From NCBI GenBank assembly GCA_030141605.1, contig JAQGDQ010000424.1:1-64000 (forward strand): a DNA stretch of 64,000 bases, given 5' to 3'. Positions 52,657 through 64,000 of the stretch are shown piece after piece. The DNA comes from Tubiluchus corallicola (Eukaryota > Animalia > Priapulida). The notes below the pieces were generated by a model. It worked only from the letters and a program-made list of their open reading frames with translations, ran no database searches and had not been told where the DNA came from. The position numbers and the translations under genes are program-made. The number at the start of each line of letters is the position of its first letter. The first letter of the stretch is position 1.

Positions 52657-53231
52657 ATGGCGATGCCGAATCAAGGTACTAAACATTTCTGTCCTCGTCT
52701 GCTGGACTACATATGTGTGGTGGGGTCGCACAATCCAAGCTCAAACCTTGTGACGCAGAATCCGGACCTGATGAGGAGGTACCCTCTAGAGGACCATAAG
52801 GACTTCCCTCTGCCAAATGACGTTGTGTTCTTCTGTCAGCCGGAAGGATGCATCAGCATCCCTCGGAAGCGGATGACCAGTCTACGGGAAAGTAACTCTT
52901 TTGTGTTCACGCTGACAGAGAAGGACTCAGGGAAGATTCGTTACGGCATCTGTGTTAACTTCTACCGGCCGTTTGAGAAACGGACTAGCACTAACGACCG
53001 AAGTCCAGGTGACACGCTAGCAGTATCGGCTTGGGAGGATCCGCTCGCGCCTTCGTCTCGGCCGAAACGCAAACAGAAGCAGCGCAATAACACGTTGACT
53101 TCACTGTGCATCGTGAGTCATCATCCGTTCTTTTCAACATTCAGAGAATGTCTGTTCATTCTTCGTCGAATAATTGACACCTGCAATAAAACTTGTGTAC
53201 AGAAAGCGGCAAATCTAGGAAAGGTTGCCAG
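52657..53231 (+). CDS. MADD: MADD / DENN-domain Rab3 GEF (aex-3 homolog), first coding exon
   Basis: PRLLDYICVVG...LMRRYPLEDHKDFPLPNDVVFFCQPEGC...FVFTLTEKDSGKIRYGICVNFYR...LTSLCIVSHHPFFSTFRECL; acceptor tttgtag at 52601; donor GCCAG|gtaggt (phase 2). Confidence 0.95.
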
Positions 53232-53661
53232 GTAGGTGAAATCTTATACAGCTTCATATAAGCACGTTAAGTTGTCCATATTGGTAGGCCTTTCTTTTCC
53301 ATACAAGATAGACTACAGGCAGTCTTTGACTTATGACCACAATCTGTTTTGGGGGATTAATTCGTAAGATGAAATGGATGGAAGTTGCACGTGTATATTA
53401 TAGTGGGAACACACAATACGAAAGACGTTGTGTGTGCGCATACTCAATAAGTATGGCGGAGCCTTCGATGAATTTATTGAAACAGATTGCGATTTAAAGT
53501 TAATTTAAGAAATAGATTGGTCATTAGTTGAAAACTGCCTGTATATTTTTTATTTATTCATTATCATTTACTGCGACATTCATTACGGTACAATTGTTGT
53601 ATTTCATTACAATGACACATTAATATCAATATTTTTATTACAGGCACTTAAAAACATTTAT

Positions 53662-54112
53662 AGTTAAAACAGCACAACTTTATTAAAACTTTTAATTTAC
53701 ATAGTTAAAAATCGTGTCAAACATTTCGACATAGCTACTGCTGTCATCACCAGTGGTAAATTTTTACAAACATACAATCAGTTTATATAGGCACAGACTG
53801 CAGTATATAACATTATGCACCAATTATGTATGTAACAAAAGCCAAATTGGTAACGATTAAGCTATTTGGCTTTTTGTAAATACATAATTTACTGTATCAA
53901 TTTCTTTTCTACTGGTCTGCTTATTCATTACCCGGTTGGCTTCTGTTAAATACATAATTAGTGCACATGGTTCTATACTGTAGGCCTTGCCTATATAAAC
54001 TGTTTGTAAAAATTTGTCACTGATAATGACAGCAGTAAGTCTGTCGAAACGTTTGACACAATTTTTAACTATGTAAATGAAAAGTATTAGCGAAGTTGTG
54101 GTATTTTAACTG
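53662..54112. mobile_element. Imperfect palindrome carrying two degenerate minimal hammerhead motifs (Penelope-like pseudo-LTR remnant)
   Basis: Arms ~53662-53862 and ~53918-54112. Plus-strand motif tgtca-CTGATAA-tgacag-cagtaagt-ctgtc-GAAAC-GTT-tgaca at 54015-54058; minus-strand counterpart at 53713-53760. Confidence 0.65.
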
Positions 54113-54607
54113 TCAATGTCAATAAGTATAGTTGAGGAGACCGCCATTAAGACATAAGCCGCTATCGTGGCGCCACCAGTAGATAATAAAACCGAAATGA
54201 AATGAAGGTGTTGAAATGAATGACTCCATACATTCATTTCTAGTTTCTTGGTAGTTGCATATTGATTAATTGGTAGCTAGATGTTAGCTATAAAGGGCAT
54301 ATATAATTAGCGGTTTTGTGGCCAGGTATTGATGTGCATTATGCATAATTTATCAGAAGCCATATACCAAAATACCCGCCATGTATTTTGTTATTAAACG
54401 CTAAAAACCAGTGCATTATATAGTAGTTGCTTTTGCATAACGAAAACACTTACAATATTTAGACATTTTTAACGATGGCCTTTCTTTCAAATTTTTATGT
54501 GGCAAATTGGATTTTCGTAAATTTCTAATGTAAATGTTTGTTCAAGTAAATTGGAGAAAATTATTGAAAGAAAATTTAAGTAATTTACTTACAAAGGAAA
54601 TTGCTAA

Positions 54608-55555
54608 AACACTGATTATAGGTGGTTTCATGGATGAATTAGTGAAAAATCCTGCTTTTATTTTAACAACAAAACAGATATTTTGCAACCCATTATGGGT
54701 TGTCTTTTCAGTCTGAACATAAGAAATATGGGAAATCTTGTAATCTTATAGAATAACCTCAACAGTTCATAGAAAGGCATATTCCCTAAGACCGATACTG
54801 GAGGAACCTTAAGAATCATTATATTGGCACTCAAGAAGAAACTAAATAAATAACTAATTAGCTGAGATTATAAATTGTCTACTGAATTTCTGGAAAAAAA
54901 ATAGACCAACTATTGTTACTTGATATTTTTCAAAGACGTCTCAATGGCAAATCGTTCTATTGAATGGCCTGACAGAATATCCAATGATGATCTGTATGAT
55001 GATGTGGTGAAGAAGAATCCTTGGAGTAAATAAATACAAGTAAGAAGATTGCATTGGATTGGGAATGCACATACAGAGTAGCGCAAGAATCTCCTCTTCC
55101 TATGAGATTATATGTAAAACTCTTGAAACGACAAAAAAAGCCGAGAGGTTGGTCAGTTAATGACGTACACAGAGTTACTTGAAAAAGATTTGGCAGAAAC
55201 AACTCTAGATTTGAGGGATGATGCATTGTGAGCGGTGGTGGTGGACAGGAATGCTCTCATCACCAGGTGGAGCATGTCATGTTTTAGAACATAGAAACAT
55301 GTAGACAAACCATTGTTAATATGTCGAGAATATTCCAGGTTTTTCCGAACATTAATTAGGGAATACTGATCTTAGGGAATGGACTTTTCTACATTCTGTT
55401 GGGATCATTCTGTGTAATTTTTGCATATCAAGATTTCCCGTATTTCTTACATTTACACTGAAAAAGTAATCTGTAATGGAATATCTGTTTTACTGTTAAA
55501 ATAGAAGCAGGATTTTCCATTGATTCATCCATGTGTGCATCTATAGTCTGTGTTT
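54608..55555. mobile_element. Degenerate foldback/MITE with ~190-bp inverted ends
   Basis: catggatgaattagtgaaaaatcctgcttttattttaac...aagaaatatgggaaatcttg pairs with caagatttcccgtatttctt...gttaaaatagaagcaggattttccattgattcatccatg. Confidence 0.65.
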
Positions 55556-55563
55556 TTTTTGAT

Positions 55564-55841
55564 ATGCTAATACTTTCTCGCTAATGTAATCCACTCATCC
55601 ACTTGCACTTTTCGCTCGCCTTTCCACTCTAACTTGTTCACATACAAGTCGGACATTTTAACCAATCTCATTTCTGTTTTTTAATAGATTTGGCATGGAT
55701 GCCAAATCAACTGAAAAAATTAAAAAAGAGAAATGAAATTAGTTTAAACGTCCAACTTGCATGTGAACCGAGTGAGAGTGAAAAGGCGACCGAAAAGTGC
55801 GAGTGGATGAGTGGATTACATTAGCAAGAAAGTATTAGCAT
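55564..55841. mobile_element. Short MITE with ~95-bp inverted repeats
   Basis: atgctaatactttctcgctaatgtaatccactcatccac...gtggatgagtggattacattagcaagaaagtattagcat. Confidence 0.8.
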
Positions 55842-56156
55842 GGAAACGTGCATAATTGGATTGATGCACGGAGACTCATTACTGCATACTAATGTGATGG
55901 ATGGTAATTGAGTATATAGAACTAACATGGTCGGATCAATACTGCAAGCTTTATCGTGAATTCATTAGCCTCTGCATCATTCACAGACTGCTAGAAATTC
56001 ATCACTGTTCCGTATCTAGTATCTGTTTACTTTCGCTTAACTTACTGGCTTTTGCTTGAAATTTATACGTAACCTAGATATTTTACCATCAGCTTTATTA
56101 GCTTTCTGTGTTTGGTTTACGGCTGGAATTACGGCATGTAGAAATTCTGCGTATTG

Positions 56157-56876
56157 GGCGCCGAGTAACCCACTAGCTGAAGTACGACAATTGGCGTACA
56201 TGGGCTAGCCCAAATAGGACACTAAAGACTGGTCACTAATTGAGTCGTTGACCATACTGGCACCATCCGTTGTACTTGTTTATGGAATAACAATAATTAA
56301 AAACGTCAAGACACGTTGAATAATTTATTATACATCTGATAAAATAAAAGAATTTTATTCTGAGCTAGAAGAACTAATATTTGTCGATATTAATCTTTTT
56401 TGAAGTGAAATAAGCACGCTTTTTAGGAGACCCAACATTTGTTTAAGGTATATCATTATTTGTTTTGTCTTGCTTCACAAACAGATGATTCTTTTCTCTA
56501 CCTCTTGGACAAATAATTGTTTTCTACTGAGTAAACAGGTTAGCGAGTTATGTGCCCTGCATAGTTTCTCTCTTTAAAGCATTAGATACTTAGTTTAATA
56601 TTATGATGATATTAATGGAGCTAATAATAATGATGATATTGTTGTAAAAAATACATTTGTAAATTTTAAATACAACGACTATCCATCATTATTATAAAGT
56701 TATTTTATTCTAAAACAAATTTCCTTTTATGTTTTTGTATGCCATAAATCTCGATTCTCGACAGAAATCGCTGGTGTCCTACTTGGGCTGCCCATGTGCG
56801 ACACTGCTTTTCCGCAAATTTAGCACATGCGTTTTGCGGGAAGCGTCCTACTTCGGCTAGTGGGTTACTCGGCGCC
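56157..56876. mobile_element. MITE with GC-rich TIR (Harbinger-like)
   Basis: ggcgccgagtaacccactagc...gctagtgggttactcggcgcc. Confidence 0.8.
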
Positions 56877-57682
56877 GCACACTGGGGAATTTTCACTTTG
56901 CAACTTGTAGAACGACTGGCCATTGATATAACATCGTCCCAGCTAGCGCTGTAAGGCCGACCACAAAAAATTGTTTCTGTCTTACCTCATGAGCTCAAAA
57001 GATGTCAGTAGGGAGAGAGAGGAATTTTTTTTAAAGCCTTGTGAATGTTTAAAGCTGAATCTTGGAATATTTAAAATCACTTGAAATCAAAGTTTGTTTA
57101 TTTCCCACTGGTTATCAGTAATGTTTTAAATTTTTTCGACGCACATTTTTTCACTCTTTGTTTTTTAGTTTCGCATTACTAAATTATTAGTAAATCACTA
57201 ACTAAGTAAAATTTTAAATTACTGTATCTTGTCAATAAGATTAAAAATACGTTTTTTGGTTAGTGAGTGGCGCACCCTGGAGGTGAGTCAACGTCATTTT
57301 ACCATTTGGTGAAAACTTTTAAATAACTAATAATTTTCTTTTCTGGTTACATAATTCTCTTCAAGCAGGAATGCAAAATGCTAAGTAACATGAGTTTGCA
57401 TGGAAAGTTTTTTGGGACATAATTTAACATTTCCTTTTCTTCACCTGATTTACGTTGTAAATGTATGACGTCATGTAATGGCACAGTCGGAATAGTATTG
57501 CAGGAGATTTAAAATGAAAACAAACAAAAATTCCTTTCAACGCGAGTATGAGATATGCATAAAATTGCTGTAAAGTAATATAATTTTTAACATGATTTTT
57601 CTGAAACCTACTTCAGATACCCCTTTTCTTGTCCTTTAATGACTGTCACTTGTCTTATACATTTTTCATTTATTTCATGAAG

Positions 57683-57824
57683 AGATCCAATATGGAGCGT
57701 GTTATCGGGGCAAGTCACCGATTCTACGCCCAGTTATGTGAAAACGTTCATGAGGGACATCGAAACGTGGATCTTACGGCTATTGAGTACTCCTGTACCT
57801 GTGCCTGGCAAGACTAGAGTTGAT
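57683..57824 (+). CDS. MADD: MADD coding exon 2 (phase 2 to 0)
   Basis: tttcatgaag|A GAT CCA...GTT GAT|gtgagt; DPIWSVLSGQVTDSTPSYVKTFMRDIETWILRLLSTPVPVPGKTRVD (not the frame shown in the ORF track). Confidence 0.92.
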
Positions 57825-58031
57825 GTGAGTTGATGTTCTACTTAATTAATTATGTGATTGATGTTTTCAAAAGATATCGAATTTAACGTGATGTTTATTG
57901 TTAGGACTTGAAGGAATGGAATAATAATGTAATCACCTTTAAAGGGACCTTGAAAAAACTTACATATATGGAAGCATTTAAAAAGCATATTTAAGGCTTT
58001 TAAAATAGAGTAATTTTTTGAGCTTTTGCAT

Positions 58032-58113
58032 GCTTCTATGATGTAGTGGTTAGCATAGCTGCCCAGGTAGCAGAAAGCCTGGGTTCGAATCCACTGCAGG
58101 TGCAAATTTTTTT
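58032..58113 (+). other. tRNA-like Pol III promoter segment (SINE head or tRNA pseudogene)
   Basis: A-box tgtagtggttag, ctgc/gcag stem with 7-nt loop, B-box ggttcgaatcc, then a T-run; acceptor and T stems pair poorly. Confidence 0.6.
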
Positions 58114-58375
58114 CTGATTTAGTATTGCTGTCGTGCGTTTGTATGATTAATTGTTCTGGTTTGTAGAAAACAAAATAGCTTAAATTTTCGGATACAGCTC
58201 AAGTCTTTTAGAGATCAGAGAATTGCTCACTTTCTTGGTTGTCTAATTGTTTGGCATCTAATACATGGGTGCTATGCAAAATCTGTCTGACACACATTTT
58301 TGCTAGCCTGTGGCCTCGATAAATTCTGCTTTGCAACCTTTGCCACACACAGATTTTTATTAAGCATGCTTAAAT

Positions 58376-58850
58376 CGCGAAACCTGGACTATCCTAGCAG
58401 AGGACGAAAAATGTCTTAACACGTTCGAAACCAAATTGCTGAGGCGAGTTCTCGGCATTAGCTATTGGGATCACTTCACGAACGCCAAGGTCTACAGACG
58501 TGCGGGTCTCGCCGGCATATTGGCAGACCCCATCGTCGTCCTCTGGAATATCTGGGGCATGTCGCTCGAATGGCCCGCTCCCGCCTACCTTTCATCTCCA
58601 TGTTTGAGCCGGCGGCAGCAGCACCCCACGGCACATGGAAGCACTGCAGAGGAGGTCAACAAAAGCATTTCTGGCATCAAATCAAGCGTGATATTGTGTC
58701 TCCTCTTGGGCTGGACCGCTACCACCAAGTTTCCGATGATCTCACAGAGCTACCGCCGTACTGCGAGGACCGGAAGCAGTGGCGTGCGATGGTTCGGGAT
58801 GCTACCTGCGCTGACCTGCCTCCACCTGGTGGGGGCAGCAAGTATAAATG
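58376..58850 (+). mobile_element. 5'-truncated RTE-clade LINE with ~50-57-bp target-site duplication
   Basis: ETWTI...FETKLLRRVLGISYWDHFTNAKVY / YLGHVARM...RLP...DRKQWR (one frameshift); flanks 58326-58375 and 58851-58900 match with one mismatch. Confidence 0.9.
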
Positions 58851-59152
58851 CTGCTTTGCAACCTTTGCCACACACAGATCTTTATTAAGCATGCTTAAAT
58901 TTCTGTGTCCGTGAAACTTGTCCTGTTCGTACATGCGGGCTTAGTGCAACAATCAGACAAAATTCAGATCAGACCAATAAAAAGCAATCATATTGTAACG
59001 TGTCATCTGGTAGATGACGTAGATTCTTACTTTGTCTGCTATAGATTGCTTTATACAAAATTCTGTAGTGTGGGAGGAAAACTTTTGTCTGCAGTAATTT
59101 ATGTCCGACAATTTTGTTGCAGGCAGGCTTTTTTTATAGTGTGCTTCTAGCA

Positions 59153-60037
59153 TGAATGCGAAATTTGTTGATTTCGTCATGCAGGATAAATGCTGAATTT
59201 GTTGATTTCGTCACAGACCATAAATGCTAAATTTTTTGATTTCGTCACAGAACAAAAATGCTAAATTTGTCTATTTCGTCACAGAGCAAAAATGCTAAAT
59301 TTGTCTATTTCGTCCCTAATGCTAAATGCTCTGTGATGAAATCAACAAATTTAGCATTTATGCTCTGTGATGAAATCGACAAATTTAGCATTTGTGCTCT
59401 GTGATGAAATCGACAAATTTAGCATTTATGCTCTGTGATGAAATCGACAAATTTAGCATTTATGCTCTGTGACGAAATCGACAAATTTAGCATTTATGCT
59501 CTGTGACGAAATCGACAAATTTAGCATTTATGCTCTGTGACGAAATCGACTAATTTAGCATTTATGCTCTGTGACGAAATCGACAAATTTAGCATTTATG
59601 TTCTGTGACGAAATCGACAAATTTAGCATTTATGCTCTGTGATAAAATCGACAAATTTAGCATTTATGCTCTGTAATGAAATCGACAAATTTAGCATTTA
59701 TGCTCTGTGATGAAATCGACTAATTTAGCATTTATGCTCTGTGATGAAATCGACTAATTTAGCATTTATGCTCTGTGATGAAATCGACTAATTTAGCATT
59801 TATGCTCTGTAATGAAATCGACAAATTTAGCATTTATGCTCTGTGATGAAATCGACAAATTTAGCATTTATGCTCTGTGATGAAATCGACTAATTTAGCA
59901 TTTATGCTCTGTGATGAAATCGACTAATTTAGCATTTATGCTCTGTGATGAAATCGACTAATTTAGCATTTATGCTCTGTGATGAAATCGACTAATTTAG
60001 CATTTATGCTCTGTGATGAAATCGACTAATTTAGCAT
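59153..60037. repeat. 34-bp satellite with an internal orientation switch at ~59315
   Basis: About 5 degenerate units aaatgctaaatttgtc.atttcgtcacagagca, then ~21 units of the reverse complement atgctctgtgatgaaatcgacaaatttagcattt. Confidence 0.95.
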
Positions 60038-60067
60038 GTGTTCATCACATATTTTTCGCACTTTCAG

Positions 60068-60226
60068 GTTGATGTGCTTCCAAATGAGATCCAGCCTCCC
60101 TTGACGTTTGCTCTACCCGATCGAACTCGCTTCTCCTTGATTGACTTCCCACTACACCTGCCTCTAGAACTGCTCGGAGTGGATACCTGTCTAAAAGTGC
60201 TCACCTGTATTATACTCGAACACAAG
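60068..60226 (+). CDS. MADD: MADD coding exon 3 (phase 0-0); gene continues beyond the window
   Basis: ctttcag|GTT GAT...CAC AAG|gtatgt; VDVLP...[42 protein letters not shown]. Confidence 0.95.
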
Positions 60227-61216
60227 GTATGTTCTGTTGTTCGTAGAATTTCTGACATGAAGGGCTTGATGTCGTGTTGCACTTGCTTATGGAAAAATCT
60301 TATAGTAAACAAGAAATACATTGTGCAATAATAATGGACAGTGACCTAGCACATAATGATGTAGTGTAGAACAAAACAATGTAAAACTATGCACTGCACA
60401 GTGACATAATTTACAAAGATGCAGTGCAAAATGACGAATCAGTCGTCAATCTGACAATTAATAGTAATTAATTAGCGTGGATTTTTGAGGCGAGGTGCAC
60501 AGCTGAGTGATTATGTGCTTGGAAATTCATGTTAAGAGTATGGCTGAGGCAGGTCAGTTAATGGATGAGTGTACCACTTCAATACTCATTCACCCATAAT
60601 GATTCTGGCTGTTCACTTTGTGGAACATGGAGAGAGGATGTATTCACACATTTTGCCACAAATATTCAGACTTAGTAGGTCCTTGGCCCGAGCCATAAAA
60701 TATGAATTAGAGAAAAACTATGATCACTCTCTTTACCAATGCCATAATTTCTTGATGTGGTTGACGCACCGTGTCAACAATATCGGCAACGACGTTATTG
60801 CACGTACGCTGATAACTTCATGTATTTCTTAGAGAAACAACAGCTGTCAGTTAAAGTCGTTCACATTACTTTTGCTTAGTTAGTGACGAGTGCACTGCGA
60901 GTGTTTTAATTATTTTTTCAGATTTTACCCATCGTCATCTAAACTTTTTTCAAACGACCCACGGTCATCGCGAGAGTTTAAATTTACAATCTTTATGCAG
61001 CTTTACTGATAATGCAAGCATTGCGCACGGTAAGGCGGTACGTCAATGATGCAAAATTTAAGGACAAATTTTTTCTGCTTTATGTAAACGATGAGTTTTC
61101 TTGTGCTTTAATCAAGAAATTATTTGATATTGATGCTTGAGCATTCATTTCACATGTGTTTCCTATGCAAAGAATTGCCATTGCTATTTTAAGTCCTGAA
61201 CTGCATAGAAAGAAGT

Positions 61217-61294
<78 letters not shown>

Positions 61295-61297
<3 letters not shown>

Positions 61298-61790
61298 TGT
61301 TCCCTCACTTATCGCGGGTGTTCCAGGCTCACCAGCGATAAGTGAATTTCCCCGAAATAGGAACGCCATACTTATTTTAGTAGTTATACGTTATTTTAAA
61401 TCTTTGTAAACCCTCCCCACACTCTTGATATAATGAACCGTAGATTCGTTGATCCCGTAATGGCGGCCAACTGCAGCATACGATCTCCCAATTTTTGGTG
61501 TGTATTCATCCGCCGAATAAATACACTATTTGCTGTAAATGGTAATTTTTTATGATATATAATATTCTTTTAATGTTAGAAGTAATATTTATAATATATT
61601 TTTATACATTTTGTGATTTTTTTTATGCAAAATTCATCAAATCTATACATCTATACTGTGCAATACATACCACGCATATGCAAAAATACTTTAGACCGAG
61701 TACCACAAAAGCCCGTGAAACAGCGAAAATACCGCGATAAATATTTTACATTAATATTTTTGAAAACCCGCGAAACAGCAAGTCCGCAAT
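61295..61790. mobile_element. Tigger-like MITE family A (reverse, one end truncated) adjoining a (TA)n tract at 61219-61294
   Basis: (TA)n-cagtgttccctcacttatcgcggg...aaacagcaagtccgc. Confidence 0.85.
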
Positions 61791-62247
61791 GACATTTTGA
61801 TTTAGACTATTCCATATTTTAGAATTTTTTGTCCTACTTATTCTGAAGAAAGAGAAATTAACAAAAATAGCAAAGTTGTTTTGGTTTTTTGACAAACGTC
61901 AAAATTGAAGCCACGTTTAGTAATAAAATTTATGACACATGATACAATTAAAAAGCTAACGATGGATTTTGAATGCAATCAGGTTGGCATTAATGATTGT
62001 GATGATTTGTCTTTGAGGGACTTATATATGCTAGACAAATATGAAGGTTGATGTTGTACGTTAAGATATAAATATTTCGACATTCTTTATGAGTGCTAGC
62101 ATCTTCATCACGTTGTTGAGAGCCCCCATGACGGATGTTGAAATATTTGTGTTTTAATACACATACACAATGTTTTTTTATGAACCATGAATTTTATTTT
62201 ATGCATCAAAAATACAATATCAAACACATTAATAAACTTTAAATAAA

Positions 62248-62662
62248 ATAATTTGAGTAGTGCGAGGTGAGTGTACGACCATACGGTCTTTAACACACTC
62301 ACCTTACTTAAATGGAAAAATGATTATAATTATGCATGCTTCTGTAGATAACTTAATGTAAATAAGGATGAAGTAAATGATGTAATAATTTGAGTAGTGC
62401 GAGGTGAGTGTACGACCATACGGTCATCAACACACTCACCTTACTTAAATGAAAAAATGATTATAGTTATGCATGCTTCTGTAGATAACTTAATGTAAAT
62501 AAGGATGAAGTAAATGATGTAATAATTTGAGTAGTGCGAGGTGAGTGTACGACCATACGGTCATCAACACACTCACCTTACTTAAATGAAAAAATGATTA
62601 TAGTTATGCATGTTTCTGTAGATAACTTAATGTAAATAAGGATGAAGTAAATGATGTAATAA
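62248..62662. repeat. 137-bp tandem repeat x3, each unit with a stem-loop
   Basis: atttgagtagtgcgaggtgagtg recurs at 62251, 62388 and 62525. Confidence 0.95.
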
Positions 62663-63211
62663 TAGCAATGGTATAAGAGCAATAAACCTGAAAGTTGAGA
62701 AAGGAAAACATAATATGTAATTACGACTTTGAGGGAGCCTTAAAGAGTGAAAACTTTTTTTAAATAGTTACGAATTGAATTATGTGATTATCTGTCAATG
62801 CACCACTTACTTGTATTACAATGCACCATATTACTTACTTGTATATACAATGATATACATATACACATATATGTACCCAAATTTAAGTGGGGGAGAAGAG
62901 ATTAAATTATACATTATACTTGTAGTAAAAACTATAATTGTATAGAACATTTAAATATAATTAACCGTAGCAATGTAGCCATCATAACCTTTAAAGATGG
63001 GCTATGGGGAGGGGGGGGGGCAAATTATAAGAATATGTTACCCATTGACACATTTATATTTGTTTAAAACAGAAAAATCTTTTACTTACGTAAAGTTTCA
63101 AAAATGCGTTTTAAAATTTTACGTTACACACATACCGTCTTATTGTTTACAGAGACTGTATTAACGGCAATGCTGTTTAAAATTTGTAAATTTGCGGCCA
63201 TTTCAACAGTA

Positions 63212-63793
63212 CAGTGTTCCCTCGCTATTTCGCGGTTCGTTTATCGCGGACTCGCTGTTTCGCTGGTTTTCACAAATATTAATGTAAAATATTTATCGCG
63301 GTATTTTCGCTGTTTTGCGGGTTTTTGCGGTACTCCGTCTAAAGTATTTTTGAACATGCGTAGTACGTATTGTACAGTAATGTATAGATATGATAAAAAT
63401 ATTAATTCTAACATTAAAAGAATATTATAATTCATAAAAAATACCGTTTACAGTAAGTAGTGTATTTATTCGGCGGATGAATACACACCAAAAACGAAAT
63501 GTACTACTTGCGCCTGCCTGAGATGCTACTGGCCGGCGTGAGACTGTACGTACACGTATCTAGGTTTAAGACTTTAAAACATTTAAGTAAAGTTTTTTAA
63601 AAGGTACATGTACAGTCTCGGAAAAGTCATTAAGGGAATGGGAAAGGGTTATGTATAAGAGTGTGGGGAGGGTTTATAAAGACTTAAAATAATGTATAAC
63701 TACTAAAATAAATATAGCGTCCCTACTTCGCTGAAATTCACTTATCGCGGGTGGGCCAGGAATGGAACACCCGCGATAAGTGAGGGAACACTG
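63212..63793. mobile_element. Tigger-like MITE family A
   Basis: TA-cagtgttccctcgctatttcgcgg...cgcgataagtgagggaacactg-TA. Confidence 0.9.
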
Positions 63794-64000
63794 TAATTCG
63801 CTAGATGACGCTGTATAGATTTGAGGAAAATCAGGGGGGGGGTAATTTACTAATTTCTCTGGAATGGCATTACGTCTGAGATTAGTGTCGCCACTTTCTA
63901 GCTGCTAATCTAGCACAGTCCATTTCCTCTCGATGGCATCTAGAGGATCTGTTCAGTAGTGCGGTTGAAGTGATAAAGTGAAGCAGATCAATTTGTCCAG

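Noticed and set aside
57629-57817. ORF-track 62-aa protein
   Set aside because: Wrong frame; the MADD exon 57683-57824 is read in another frame.

Overview
AT-rich, intron-containing animal DNA; it looks invertebrate, possibly lophotrochozoan, but the organism cannot be established from sequence alone. Three genes can be supported. (1) A minus-strand multi-exon gene (42684 down to at least 8650), assembled by hand into 17 in-phase GT-AG exons (~1275 codons). Its order is signal peptide, four WSC domains interleaved with eight EGF-like exons, then a tandemly duplicated PKD/REJ-N block and a REJ segment: a polycystin-1/REJ-like surface receptor whose 3' part is not in the window. (2) A single-exon rhodopsin-class peptide GPCR (47251-48615, minus). 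(3) The first three coding exons of MADD/Rab3-GEF (52657 onward, plus). Introns carry MITEs, LINE/BEL fragments, SINE-like pieces and satellites. The most unusual signals involve the REJ-like gene. The exon that should follow its last minus-strand exon lies on the opposite strand (4968-5080), between a gap-free 1376-bp inverted repeat and a 1.05-kb hairpin flanked by ~277-bp direct repeats. An in-frame chimeric REJ/EGF exon marks an internal duplication, and the duplicated EGF differs almost only at amino-acid-changing positions. A ~1.05-kb intronic inverted duplication brackets eight phase-1 exons, a candidate module-skipping or circRNA arrangement. A pair of degenerate Penelope-type minimal hammerhead motifs sits in a MADD intron. 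All alignments and counts were made by eye, and boundaries of degenerate repeats are approximate.
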